From: Candidatus Omnitrophota bacterium
GTDB lineage: Bacteria > Omnitrophota > Gorgyraeia > Gygaellales > Profunditerraquicolaceae
NCBI GenBank assembly: GCA_022710715.1
Contig: JAKLGJ010000003.1
Span: 25,083 to 89,082 of the forward strand
DNA length: 64,000 bases
Reading direction: 5' to 3'
Part shown: in pieces, positions 9,664 through 19,275 of the stretch
How the letters are laid out: each line of letters opens with the position of its first letter
Numbering within the stretch: position 1 is the stretch's first letter
Translations under genes and position numbers: made by a program
The notes under the pieces: model-generated
Told to the model about the DNA's origin: nothing
Databases searched by the model: none
The model's input: the letters and a program-made list of their open reading frames with translations, nothing else

Positions 9664-12600
9664 ATGCTGACACGCTGCCTGAAATTTCTTTCTGCTTTCC
9701 TTATTATCTTCAATCTGGCAATTCCGGCAAGTTACGCTGATTTCGCGGTAGCGCCGTATAAACGCTATCCGCTGGCTTCAGGCCGCTCCGCTGCGCCGGC
9801 AACTCCAACTACTCAACAACCGGCCAACGCTGTGACACCTGCGGTAACTCCCGCTGCGACCCCGGCGCAATCAACGCCGGCAGCGCGGACAAGTACGCCT
9901 TTTGTGCGCTCAACCCCCTTGCAGACGAAACAGCCCGCGACTACGACCGCTCCGGCGGCTTCAAAATCGTCCACTTCACCGGCGCCGGTTGTAACTCCCG
10001 CGACGCCCCCGGCGCAGTCAACGCCGGCAGTGCGAAGAACCACTCCATTCGTGCGCTCCACTCCCTTGCAGACTAAACAACCCGCGACCACGGCCGCTCC
10101 GACTACTCAACAACCGTCCAGCACTCCTGCGCCTGCGGCAACTTCGGCACAGACAACTCCGGTAGCACGGACAAGCACGCCTTTTGTGCGCTCGACTCCC
10201 TTGCAGACGAAACAGCCCGCTACCACGGCCGCTCCGGCAGCCCAACAGCCAGCGGTGACTCCGGCGCAGACAGTTCCGGCGGTTACTCCCGCAGCAGCGC
10301 CAGCCACACCGGCTGTCGCGGCTAATCCGGTATCCCTGATCCCCGCTTATCAAAACCCGACTCCGGCATTCGGAACCAGACATACAACTGCTGCAACTAC
10401 AGCTACCAGCCTGGCGCAGATGAGCCCGGAGCAACAGGCCAGTCATATCAACTCTTTATCCGGATATGACGCCGCCCAGATGCTTGCCCGGCTCGACCAG
10501 AACCAGCTCAAACAGGTCATGGCCCAGCCCGGACTGAAGACCGACCTGCTTTCTAAAGTCAGCCCGTTCATTACCCCTGCTTCTTTTGCCGGGCTCACTC
10601 AATCCATGAACGCCGAGCAGATTTCCGCAGCCCTTTCCGCTGCGCCGCTGAACGCGGAAACTTACGCAAAAATACTGGAAAACTGCCCCCAGGCCGCGAC
10701 TGGAATGAAAACATTGATCAAGTCAGACCCGAATAAAGCTTTAAGCGCCATTACGGGGATGAGCGTAAACAAACAGGGCGAAGTATTCAGCCAGCTCGAC
10801 AGCAAAGATATCGCCGCACTGTTCAATGCCCGGACTTCCGACGGCTCGGACCCCAGGGACAACTCCGATCTTTTCGCCCGGCTTTCCCCGGACCAGCAAA
10901 ACAGCGTGTTGAAGGAATTGAGCGCGGTTAACCCGGCGCTGGCCCAGAAATACCTGTACGCGACCACCCAGTCCCTTACCAGAGGCACCAGCGAAGACGC
11001 AAAAGCCAAGCTTTCCGGCGACAGCGCATCTTCCGTTGACCATCCCGGATTGCTGGTAAACGATATGAACCCGGATCAACTTAAAGCGCTTCTGGGCGTG
11101 TGTCAGCCCGGAACTCTCGGCGCGATCCTGGCGGACAGCAAACTGAATACGGCGACCCGCAAACGCATCCTGGATATCATGAAAACCAGCTTCGAGAAAG
11201 CCGGGAATATCGAACAGACCGTGCTCTCTGCCAATGCCAACAAAGTTCCGCAGGACCCGCAACAGTACCTTTTCGATCTGGCCTGGACAACCTACTCCAC
11301 GCTCGATCCGGAAGGCGCTAAGGAAGATTTGAACTCGATCCAGTCCGCGGTAACCGGCTACAACCAGCGCCGCCAGGAATCGGTATTGAAACAGATCGCC
11401 GGAATGGATACCTCACGGGCAGGCGAGCTTCTGGCGCAAACCGACATTTCGGTAGCCCAGACCGCGCAGTTGATCATGTCCGCCTCCGGAGAGCAGAAAG
11501 CGAAGCTGCTGTCCGCGCTGGAACAATCCGATCCGGAGAAGGCAAAAGAAACCAAAACCATGATCAGCCGGATCGAGGAAAACAACCGCAAAGCCGCGCA
11601 GATAGAGAAAAACAACGAACAGGTGCGCAGCACCCTGAAGAAAGTCGGGCCGTCACCGGTAGCCGACTATTTCATCCGGAAAGGCAGTTCCGAACAGACT
11701 ATCGGGGAGCTGGCCCTGATGGACCAGAAATTCATCGACCAGACCCTGTCTTTGATCGAAAAGAAATCGCCCAAGACTGCCGCGCAGGTGCGCAAAGACC
11801 TGGCCGCATACCGGCAAAAAGCTTCTGCTTCGACCACCGTAGATCAACACCTGGACAATCTGGTGAAAGGCTCGGCGCAGGATGCGGCGCTTTTCATTGC
11901 CGCGCAGACTCCGGCAAACGCTAAGAATATTCTTTCGGAACTGGCCAAACGCAACGCATCGTTTGCGGAAGCAACCCTGGCGCAGCTCAAGAAGGTTGAC
12001 TACCAGCTTGCCGACGAAACCCAGAAAAAAGACACCCGCCGCCTGACCAAGAACGAACTGGGGCAACCCATCATTATCGACGGAGAGAACGTCTATCAAG
12101 TGGAAGAGCTTTCCGACGGCACCATCCTCACCCACAGGAGCACCGGAACGGTCAACAACACGAATCTCGGTAAGATCAACGATTCTCCGCAGAATACCGA
12201 GCTGGCCGCGGGCGTTAAGCCAGTCGATATCGACCTGCAGAAGCCCAGGATATACCTTACCGGACAAACCGCCACCGATAACAGCGTAACGATCACCCCG
12301 GGTTCCGGCAGCTCTACTCCCAAGGACGCCTGGTACGATCCGGTGAACAAGCGCTACGGCGACAGCACCAGCATCGGCAGCACGCCCAAGCCGGAATGGA
12401 ATATCAAACGGGAAATAACCTATGACGGGATCGGCAAGCTGACCTTCAAAGGTCAGCTTGACCCGCAAACAGGCGCGCCCCTCGACGGAACAGAGATGAC
12501 CGACGAGAAAGGGCACATCTTCACCGCGGTCACCAAAACCAGCCCGACTTCAGACAAACAGGTCGCCATCCCCGTGCAGACAACCTACCATGCCGGGGAC

Positions 12601-13023
12601 AATCTAACTCTGACTGACGGAACCGAATTGACTTTCAAGAGAGATACCCGGGTGAACCCGGGAATCGGAGAACTGCCGGCAGGCACGGAATTAACCGACA
12701 AAAAAGGCCGGCTGTTCGCTGTGGCGCCGGTCACCAATCCGGCCACAGGCAACCAGGTCTTCACCTACCAGCAGATAAGCTATAACGCCGGAGACACCGT
12801 TGAACTGAAAGACGGGACCACATTGACCTTCAAACAGGACACGATAGCCGACCCGAACACCCTGAAGTTCAAAACCAATGCAATACTCACGGATAAGGAC
12901 GGAAACTACTGGGAAGCCTTCGGAACTGTGACCAGCTTGCAATTCAAACAAATCAATCCAGCGACAGTTGAAAAAGACTGGAAGGTGTTCGACCCGGCAA
13001 CCGGACGTTTAGCCGGTAAATAA
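9664..13023 (+). CDS. giant secreted repeat protein (Pro/Thr/Ala-rich tandem repeats, helical middle, C-terminal beta repeats)
   Basis: The start is moved to ATG 9664 (MLTRCLKFLSAFLIIFNLAIPASYA signal peptide, G-rich SD). The track's longer N-terminus translates the upstream leader RNA. The protein has 3.5 tandem repeats of about 45 aa (STPFVRSTPLQTKQPATTAAP). At the C-terminus LTLTDGTELTFKRDT and VELKDGTTLTFKQDT are duplicated. Confidence 0.6.
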   Translation: MLTRCLKFLSAFLIIFNLAIPASYADFAVAPYKRYPLASGRSAAPATPTTQQPANAVTPAVTPAATPAQSTPAARTSTPFVRSTPLQTKQPATTTAPAASKSSTSPAPVVTPATPPAQSTPAVRRTTPFVRSTPLQTKQPATTAAPTTQQPSSTPAPAATSAQTTPVARTSTPFVRSTPLQTKQPATTAAPAAQQPAVTPAQTVPAVTPAAAPATPAVAANPVSLIPAYQNPTPAFGTRHTTAATTATSLAQMSPEQQASHINSLSGYDAAQMLARLDQNQLKQVMAQPGLKTDLLSKVSPFITPASFAGLTQSMNAEQISAALSAAPLNAETYAKILENCPQAATGMKTLIKSDPNKALSAITGMSVNKQGEVFSQLDSKDIAALFNARTSDGSDPRDNSDLFARLSPDQQNSVLKELSAVNPALAQKYLYATTQSLTRGTSEDAKAKLSGDSASSVDHPGLLVNDMNPDQLKALLGVCQPGTLGAILADSKLNTATRKRILDIMKTSFEKAGNIEQTVLSANANKVPQDPQQYLFDLAWTTYSTLDPEGAKEDLNSIQSAVTGYNQRRQESVLKQIAGMDTSRAGELLAQTDISVAQTAQLIMSASGEQKAKLLSALEQSDPEKAKETKTMISRIEENNRKAAQIEKNNEQVRSTLKKVGPSPVADYFIRKGSSEQTIGELALMDQKFIDQTLSLIEKKSPKTAAQVRKDLAAYRQKASASTTVDQHLDNLVKGSAQDAALFIAAQTPANAKNILSELAKRNASFAEATLAQLKKVDYQLADETQKKDTRRLTKNELGQPIIIDGENVYQVEELSDGTILTHRSTGTVNNTNLGKINDSPQNTELAAGVKPVDIDLQKPRIYLTGQTATDNSVTITPGSGSSTPKDAWYDPVNKRYGDSTSIGSTPKPEWNIKREITYDGIGKLTFKGQLDPQTGAPLDGTEMTDEKGHIFTAVTKTSPTSDKQVAIPVQTTYHAGDNLTLTDGTELTFKRDTRVNPGIGELPAGTELTDKKGRLFAVAPVTNPATGNQVFTYQQISYNAGDTVELKDGTTLTFKQDTIADPNTLKFKTNAILTDKDGNYWEAFGTVTSLQFKQINPATVEKDWKVFDPATGRLAGK
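9840..10270. repeat. imperfect tandem DNA repeats (about 135-147 bp period) inside the giant secreted protein gene
   Basis: cttgcagac(g/t)aaaca(g/a)cccgc recurs at 9918, 10065 and 10200. Confidence 0.7.
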
Positions 13024-14004
13024 TTCCACTTTATTGCGCCCGGATTTTTTGGCCTGATACAACGCTTTGTCCGCGTTATCCAGCAATCCCGCCAGCTCTT
13101 TACCCTGCTGCGGGAACAATGAGATCCCGACACTCACCGTGACGTCTATCCGCTCGTCATATGCCACTACCGGTTTGCTCTGTATGCCCGCGCGGATACG
13201 CTCCGCCACGAACAACGCCCCCTCTTTATTGGTTTCGGTCAAGAGAATGGCGAACTCCTCCCCCCCGTATTTACCGATAAGATCGACCTGACGGATGTGC
13301 GCTTTGATCCGCTGCGCGACTTCCTTGAGTATCGCGTCCCCTACCAGATGGCCGTAATGATCGTTGATATCCTTGAAATGGTCGACATCAAGCATCAAAC
13401 AGGCGCAGGCATAATTAAAAGCCCTGGAACGGGATAATTCCTCCGACGAACGCCCCCACCAGTACCTGCGCGCCGATACCTGGGTCAGTCCGTCGATAGT
13501 GGCCATCTCCTGCACTTTCTGATACAGAATGGCGCGTTTCATTCCCAGCAGGAATTGCTGGGAAAGAATGGTGAATTTATCCCGGTCTTCCCGGCGTACC
13601 GGCGCGACGACCAGATAATTCATCAGCTGGTCTTCCAGCCGCAGAGGCACTATCGCGTATTCCTTGAACGCCGCCAGATCGGCGTCCGCGGGAACGAACC
13701 GGCAGTCTTCGACAGCCAGCATTTTGTGCAGCTTCTCCTTAAAAACCGAAAACACCTTATCCTGATCGAGATGGCTGCACAATTCCCGGGTGATATCGTA
13801 TAAGGTCATGGTCTGCTCCAGCCGGTTGCGTAAATCCATGTTCTGCCCGGTAAGCTGATCGTATTCCTGCAGCAGCCGCTGATAATCAGCCTGACGCAGC
13901 TTCCCTTCGCGCTGCGCCGACAGCACGCGCCTGGCGAAAAACCGCTCCAGCCTGAAATAGAGAAGCATGGTGAGCAAAACAAGGATCGCAATCTGGATAA
14001 ACAT
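13009..14004 (-). CDS. membrane-anchored diguanylate cyclase (GGDEF domain)
   Basis: N-terminal TM helix. C-terminal motifs are RYGGEEFAILL (GGEEF active site) and DVDHFKDINDHYGH. Confidence 0.8.
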   Translation of the reverse strand: MFIQIAILVLLTMLLYFRLERFFARRVLSAQREGKLRQADYQRLLQEYDQLTGQNMDLRNRLEQTMTLYDITRELCSHLDQDKVFSVFKEKLHKMLAVEDCRFVPADADLAAFKEYAIVPLRLEDQLMNYLVVAPVRREDRDKFTILSQQFLLGMKRAILYQKVQEMATIDGLTQVSARRYWWGRSSEELSRSRAFNYACACLMLDVDHFKDINDHYGHLVGDAILKEVAQRIKAHIRQVDLIGKYGGEEFAILLTETNKEGALFVAERIRAGIQSKPVVAYDERIDVTVSVGISLFPQQGKELAGLLDNADKALYQAKKSGRNKVELFTG

Positions 14005-14005
14005 G

Positions 14006-15178
14006 CTAAGCTCCGATCACCAAATTCCTGCCCTTACTTTTGGCTTCATACAGGGCGCGGTCCGCTTTCATAAGCAACTCGATCTCTTCCTGCGCGTCAT
14101 GGGGAAATTCCGCTACACCCACGGAGATAGTGCACTGATTACGCTGCCTGCGCAATAAGAGCTCCCTGGCGGCAACCGCTTTGCGCAGGTTTTCCGCGAT
14201 CTTCAACCCGGTATTCTTATCGGTATCCGGCAGCAATACGCAAAACTCTTCTCCGCCGAACCGGCAGACTACGGCGGGTATCTGCGCGAGAGCCTCGCTC
14301 ACCGCTTTACTGATGGTTACCAGCACGATATCCCCCGCGGCGTGACCGAACGTATCGTTGAGTTTCTTGAAATTATCGATATCCAGCATCAGCAGGCAGA
14401 GCGAGCGCGGATGCCGGTACGTTCTTCGGCATTCGGTCTTAAGCATCTCCAGAAAATACCCTTTATTGAACAACCCGGTCAATCCGTCATGAATGGCCAT
14501 GGTCCGCGCGTCCTTGTACAGCTGCGCATTCTCCAGAGAAACCGCTCCCAGCTCCGCGATGGTCATGAAGAAACGCAGATCGTCCTGGGCGAAGAAACGC
14601 TTGTGCTGATGCTCAAGACGGATCAAACCAATGACCTTTCCCCCGCTGATCAGCGGCACTTCGATCAACGAAGCGATCGGGCGCGGGTCGGCGCGGCGCA
14701 CTTTATCAGCGTCGAAGCGGAAATCCTTGGAGATATCCTCGACCAGCAGCGGACTGGCGTGGCGCAGCACCCAGTGATCGAAACTGTCCCCCTCCTTGGC
14801 TTTGATCACGATCGCGCGTTCGTCTTTAAGTGTCTTGAAGAGGACTAACTTCTGGGTTGAACCGTCGAGCAGATATAACAGGCACTCTCCCTGATTATCG
14901 GCCAGCAGGAAGAACGAAATTGCGCAGAGCTGCTCGGCAACCGCATCCAGGGAAAGCTCCTGGTTCAGCAGTTCGATGATACGTTTAAGATTTTCGTAGC
15001 GTTCGATGCGCCGCTGCAGGAACTGGGTGTTCGCGCGCTCCTGCTGATTGGATGCCGACTGAACATTGATGTTCTCCTGAACGCCGTCACCGTCGAGTTT
15101 GAGCTTATAGAGTTGCCGGGAATTTCGCTGGGCGAGCCAGATGACCGCGGGGAGATTGCCCAGATAAAAAACCGCCAA
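14006..15178 (-). CDS. GAF-domain diguanylate cyclase (GGDEF)
   Basis: TM N-terminus, central GAF-like region, then RFGGEEFCVLL and DIDNFKKLNDTFGH. Confidence 0.8.
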   Translation of the reverse strand: MAVFYLGNLPAVIWLAQRNSRQLYKLKLDGDGVQENINVQSASNQQERANTQFLQRRIERYENLKRIIELLNQELSLDAVAEQLCAISFFLLADNQGECLLYLLDGSTQKLVLFKTLKDERAIVIKAKEGDSFDHWVLRHASPLLVEDISKDFRFDADKVRRADPRPIASLIEVPLISGGKVIGLIRLEHQHKRFFAQDDLRFFMTIAELGAVSLENAQLYKDARTMAIHDGLTGLFNKGYFLEMLKTECRRTYRHPRSLCLLMLDIDNFKKLNDTFGHAAGDIVLVTISKAVSEALAQIPAVVCRFGGEEFCVLLPDTDKNTGLKIAENLRKAVAARELLLRRQRNQCTISVGVAEFPHDAQEEIELLMKADRALYEAKSKGRNLVIGA

Positions 15179-15294
15179 AATGCCGGGGCGGAAAAAACCG
15201 AATCGAGCGGCAACGACAGGCGCGACGATAAAGAGGATACTAAAGAAAAGCAGGAATGCGACTGTGTGGAGGGATTTTTTATTGATCTTTACAC

Positions 15295-16398
15295 CTAAAC
15301 GATGGTTTCTTCGGTGTCCTTATCAAAAAAATGGACCTTGCTCATGTCGAATACCAGGTCCAGATCTTCGTTCACTTTCGGGCGGTCATGCGCGCCCACC
15401 CGGGCAATAAAGGTATGCTTGCCGGTAGTCAGATAGAGAAAAACTTCCGATCCCATCGGTTCAACCACTTCGCAGGTAACCCGCACGATATTCTCACCGG
15501 GCGCTTCGGAGACGAAGAGCTTGTCGTAAATGTCCTCCGACCGGATGCCGAAAATGATTTCCTTGCCGGCGTACGGCTCCAGGCGTTTAAGCATCTCCTC
15601 AACCACCTGGACTTTCAGCTTTCCTTCGTCGAAATAAACCTTATCCTTGACCCTGACCAGGCGGCCATTCATGAAGTTCATCGGCGGCGTGCCGATGAAT
15701 CCCGCGACGAACTTGTTGCGCGGACGGTCGTAAATGGTAATAGGATCGGCGACCTGCTGGAGCACGCCGCTCTGTATCACCGCGATACGATCGCCCATGG
15801 TCATAGCTTCGGTCTGATCGTGGGTGACATAGATAATGGTGGTCTGCAGACGCTGATGCAGCTTATGGATCTCCGTGCGCATCTGCACGCGCAATTTTGC
15901 GTCCAGATTGCTCAAGGGTTCGTCGAATAAAAAAACCATCGGCTTTCGCACGATGGCACGCCCCACGGCAACCCGCTGACGCTCGCCGCCGGATATTTCC
16001 CGGGGCTTGCGATTCAACAGATGCCTGATCCCCAGAATATCCGCGGCTTCATTGACCCGCTGGAGGATCTCGGCTTTCGGGTACCGGCGCAGTTTCAGGC
16101 CGAAAGCCATATTCTCGAAAACGGTCATGTGCGGATACAAAGCGTAGTTCTGGAAGACCATGGCGATATCGCGGTCTTTCGCCGGCACATCGTTGACCAT
16201 CTTATTACCGATGTAAACTTTTCCCTCGGTGATCTCCTCCAGCCCCGCGATCATGCGCAGGGTGGTGGATTTTCCGCACCCGGACGGTCCGACCAGGACC
16301 ATGAATTCCTTGTTCTCGATGCCGAGATTGAAGTCATGCACGACCTTCATCCCGTTGGCATACACTTTGGATACATTCTGAAGACTTACCTGCGCCAT
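15295..16398 (-). CDS. sugar ABC transporter ATP-binding protein (MalK/UgpC/MsmX family), orphan
   Basis: GPSGCGKSTTLRMIAGLEEIT Walker A. LSGGERQRVAVGRAI signature. C-terminal TOBE-like domain. No permease nearby. Confidence 0.8.
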   Translation of the reverse strand: MAQVSLQNVSKVYANGMKVVHDFNLGIENKEFMVLVGPSGCGKSTTLRMIAGLEEITEGKVYIGNKMVNDVPAKDRDIAMVFQNYALYPHMTVFENMAFGLKLRRYPKAEILQRVNEAADILGIRHLLNRKPREISGGERQRVAVGRAIVRKPMVFLFDEPLSNLDAKLRVQMRTEIHKLHQRLQTTIIYVTHDQTEAMTMGDRIAVIQSGVLQQVADPITIYDRPRNKFVAGFIGTPPMNFMNGRLVRVKDKVYFDEGKLKVQVVEEMLKRLEPYAGKEIIFGIRSEDIYDKLFVSEAPGENIVRVTCEVVEPMGSEVFLYLTTGKHTFIARVGAHDRPKVNEDLDLVFDMSKVHFFDKDTEETIV

Positions 16399-16448
16399 GA
16401 TCTCCTCGCTTCACAATGCACCAGTACCCGGAGAAAAAATCAATACCG

Positions 16449-17288
16449 TCAGCCGGTAAAATCGATCAACTGACCGATGCGCTGCTTCAATTCTTTGCGG
16501 TGGACGATCATATCGATCAATCCGTGCTGCAGCAGGAATTCCGACCGCTGAAAACCGGGCGGCAGCTTCTGGCGGATAGTCTGCTCGATGACGCGCGGCC
16601 CGGCAAAGCCGATCAACGCTTTGGGCTCCGCCATGATCACATCGCCCAATCCGGCAAAAGACGCCATGACCCCGGCCATGGTCGGATTGGTCAACACCGA
16701 CACGTGCAGCAAACCGGCGCGATGATGATATTCCAGAGCCGCCGAAGTCTTGGCCATCTGCATCAGGCTGAACATGCCTTCATACATGCGCGCGCCGCCT
16801 CCGGTGCCGGAAACGATGATCGCCGGAAGCTTCTGTTTGGTGGCGCTTTCGATGGCCCGGGTAACTTTCTCTCCCACCACCGATCCCATAGTGCCCATGA
16901 TAAACCGGGAATCCGTGACCGCGATCACTATCTTTTTGCCGCTTAAAAAACCCTCTCCGCTGATCACCGCATCTTTCAAACCGGTGGCGGCCTGATCCTG
17001 CGACAGCTTTTCCTTATACGTCTTGGGCCCCTTGAAATCGATGGGGTCCCCGGAAATCATATCCTTGTCGTATTCGACAAACGTACCCTCGTCGATAAGC
17101 ATCTTGATCCGCTCCGGCGCGGTGAGCAGGAAATGAAAATCGCATTTCGGGCACACTTTCAGCCCCTCGTCAAGCGCTTTGTTGAAAAGAACTTCCCCGC
17201 AGGATTCGCATTTGGTCCACAATCCGTCGGGGATCTCTTTCTTCTTGACCCGGACGATGGTATATTTGGGCTTACCGAACAGAGCCAT
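16449..17288 (-). CDS. accD: acetyl-CoA carboxylase carboxyltransferase beta subunit
   Basis: CESCGEVLFNKALDEGLKVCPKCDFH zinc ribbon followed by the carboxyltransferase domain. Confidence 0.85.
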   Translation of the reverse strand: MALFGKPKYTIVRVKKKEIPDGLWTKCESCGEVLFNKALDEGLKVCPKCDFHFLLTAPERIKMLIDEGTFVEYDKDMISGDPIDFKGPKTYKEKLSQDQAATGLKDAVISGEGFLSGKKIVIAVTDSRFIMGTMGSVVGEKVTRAIESATKQKLPAIIVSGTGGGARMYEGMFSLMQMAKTSAALEYHHRAGLLHVSVLTNPTMAGVMASFAGLGDVIMAEPKALIGFAGPRVIEQTIRQKLPPGFQRSEFLLQHGLIDMIVHRKELKQRIGQLIDFTG

Positions 17289-17307
17289 ACGTTCGTCTCC
17301 TTACCGT

Positions 17308-18588
17308 TTAATCTTCATGCGGGTTGATCACCAGTCCCGAAATGACTTTGGGATAGAAATACGTCGATTTCGGCGGCATCTTCTCCCCTTTAAGCGCCAC
17401 CGCTACGATCTGTTCCATCTTGGTAGGATTGAGGAAAAAGGCAATAAAGGAAGAATCCGTATCGGCTTTCGTCAGAAGCTCGTCCTTTTCCGGGATAAAC
17501 GCCACGTTGCCTTTTTCCGTGACATCCAGATCAAGGATCCTGCGCAGCACCAGGGAATTAAGGATGGAAACATCCAGAGACCGGTATTCCGGCGGCTTAT
17601 CCGTGATCATCTTGTCCAGGACTTTCACGTTCTTGAGCCGCAACAACCAGTGCCGTTTGTGATTATACATCCCGATCACATGCTCGGAACGCCCCGCCTT
17701 CTCGAGCAGGAAGAAGAATCTGGTGCGGTCCTTGATTTCCTCCACGAAGAAATGCTCGTTGAGCTGCGCGACTATCGCATTCATGTCCGGCCGGGCAGGC
17801 ATCTTTACCAGACGATGGATGGGCAGTATGGTCAACCCCGACGGGTCGATATTAGTAAAATACGCCATGATATAGTTGAACGGCTCTTCGCCTTCGATCT
17901 TTTCGAGATGTTCCTTCATTTCATTACGATAGGTGCTGGCGACCTCATAACGATGATGGCCGTCCGCGATAAACATGTTCTCCTGCTCCATCTGGTCGGA
18001 GATCTTCTTGAGCACGACCGGATCGGTGATCTTCCAGAGCCGGTGCATACTGCGTTCGTCGTCCGCGACTTCGATGAAAGGTTTTTTGCTTTTGACATGC
18101 TTGTCCCAGAGGAACGGCACCAGCCGCTTCTTATCCGCGAAGACGACGAAGATCGGGCTTAAATTAGCTTTCACCTGACGCAGCAGGCGCAGGCGATCCT
18201 CTTTCGGCTCGGTATGAGTATGTTCATGACCGAATACCGACGATTTTTTTTCTTCGAGGCGCAACAGGGCGATAAAACCGAAGCGGACTTTCTTCTCCCG
18301 TTTGATCCAGTATTCATGGCTGTAAAAATACAGAGCCGGTTCAGCCTGGCGCTCCAGGATGCCTTCTTTACGCCATTGTCTGAAGATCTCCCCGGCTTTC
18401 TGGTATTTATCCTCGCCGGGCGCATCCTTGCGCAAAAGAACGTGGATGTAATTCTGGGGGTGACGCTCCAGCAGCGCGTCCTGCTGCCTGGGCGAAATGA
18501 TATCGTAGGGCGGACAAACGACATCGGCGAGAGACTTGATCTTTTCCTGATTGTAAGTTAATGCGCGAAAAGGAGCGACTTTACTCAT
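17308..18588 (-). CDS. DUF1015 family protein
   Basis: FRALTYNQEKIKSLADVVCPPYDIIS is a DUF1015/COG4198 N-terminal signature. Confidence 0.6.
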   Translation of the reverse strand: MSKVAPFRALTYNQEKIKSLADVVCPPYDIISPRQQDALLERHPQNYIHVLLRKDAPGEDKYQKAGEIFRQWRKEGILERQAEPALYFYSHEYWIKREKKVRFGFIALLRLEEKKSSVFGHEHTHTEPKEDRLRLLRQVKANLSPIFVVFADKKRLVPFLWDKHVKSKKPFIEVADDERSMHRLWKITDPVVLKKISDQMEQENMFIADGHHRYEVASTYRNEMKEHLEKIEGEEPFNYIMAYFTNIDPSGLTILPIHRLVKMPARPDMNAIVAQLNEHFFVEEIKDRTRFFFLLEKAGRSEHVIGMYNHKRHWLLRLKNVKVLDKMITDKPPEYRSLDVSILNSLVLRRILDLDVTEKGNVAFIPEKDELLTKADTDSSFIAFFLNPTKMEQIVAVALKGEKMPPKSTYFYPKVISGLVINPHED

Positions 18589-18932
18589 CGCAGGAATAAA
18601 CCTCCAGCCAGGCCGCCCAGGAGAGAACCGATCGTATCGATCGTCAGGTCAAATCCCGAGCAGCTTCTGCTATATACGAAAAGTTGATGAAATTCGTCGG
18701 TTAATCCGTAACCGCCGCCAAAAATGACAGTCAGCACCACCAAGCCGGCGACAGTATAACGGTTGGTCGTACTTTTAAGGGCACGGTAAAAAAAGAGCCC
18801 CAGTAGAAGATAAATTATACCATGAAAGATAATGTCTTGAAAAGAGAATAAACTCGGGATAGACGTACCGGGCAGCGAGGATGCGGTGAAAATCGCGGCC
18901 ATGATCAAAACTACCGGCCCCCAGAAGACCAT
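18585..18932 (-). CDS. VanZ-like family membrane protein
   Basis: Start at the internal MVFWGP to avoid overlap with the fmdB-like gene. Multi-TM with a DEFHQLFVYSRS motif. Confidence 0.5.
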   Translation of the reverse strand: MVFWGPVVLIMAAIFTASSLPGTSIPSLFSFQDIIFHGIIYLLLGLFFYRALKSTTNRYTVAGLVVLTVIFGGGYGLTDEFHQLFVYSRSCSGFDLTIDTIGSLLGGLAGGLFLR

Positions 18933-18972
18933 CCACCAGCCCGCGCCTCTCTGATACGGCTTTACGGCGGTA

Positions 18973-19248
18973 TTACTCTGATTGTTTGCTGCAGCCACGG
19001 CACCCTTCCTTCTGTTTGGGGCAGGATTGGACAGCAGCATCCGCCTGGGCCTTCGTACTTTTAGCGGGCCTCTTGTAATCGGTAGCGTAGAACCCGGAGC
19101 CTTTGAAAATAATCCCCGCGCCGGCGCCGATCAACCGCTTGATCTTGCCCTTGCACTGCGGGCAGCTCTTGAGCGGCTTATCGGTCATGGATTGAAAGGC
19201 CTCGAAAACATGGCCGCATTTCGTGCATTCGTAATCGTAGGTTGGCAT
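18973..19248 (-). CDS. FmdB family zinc-ribbon protein
   Basis: MPTYDYECTKCGHVFE...CPQCKG: CxxC, then 17 residues, then CxxC. Confidence 0.7.
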   Translation of the reverse strand: MPTYDYECTKCGHVFEAFQSMTDKPLKSCPQCKGKIKRLIGAGAGIIFKGSGFYATDYKRPAKSTKAQADAAVQSCPKQKEGCRGCSKQSE

Positions 19249-19275
19249 TGGTTTATCGGGGACGCGCCCCTCTCC

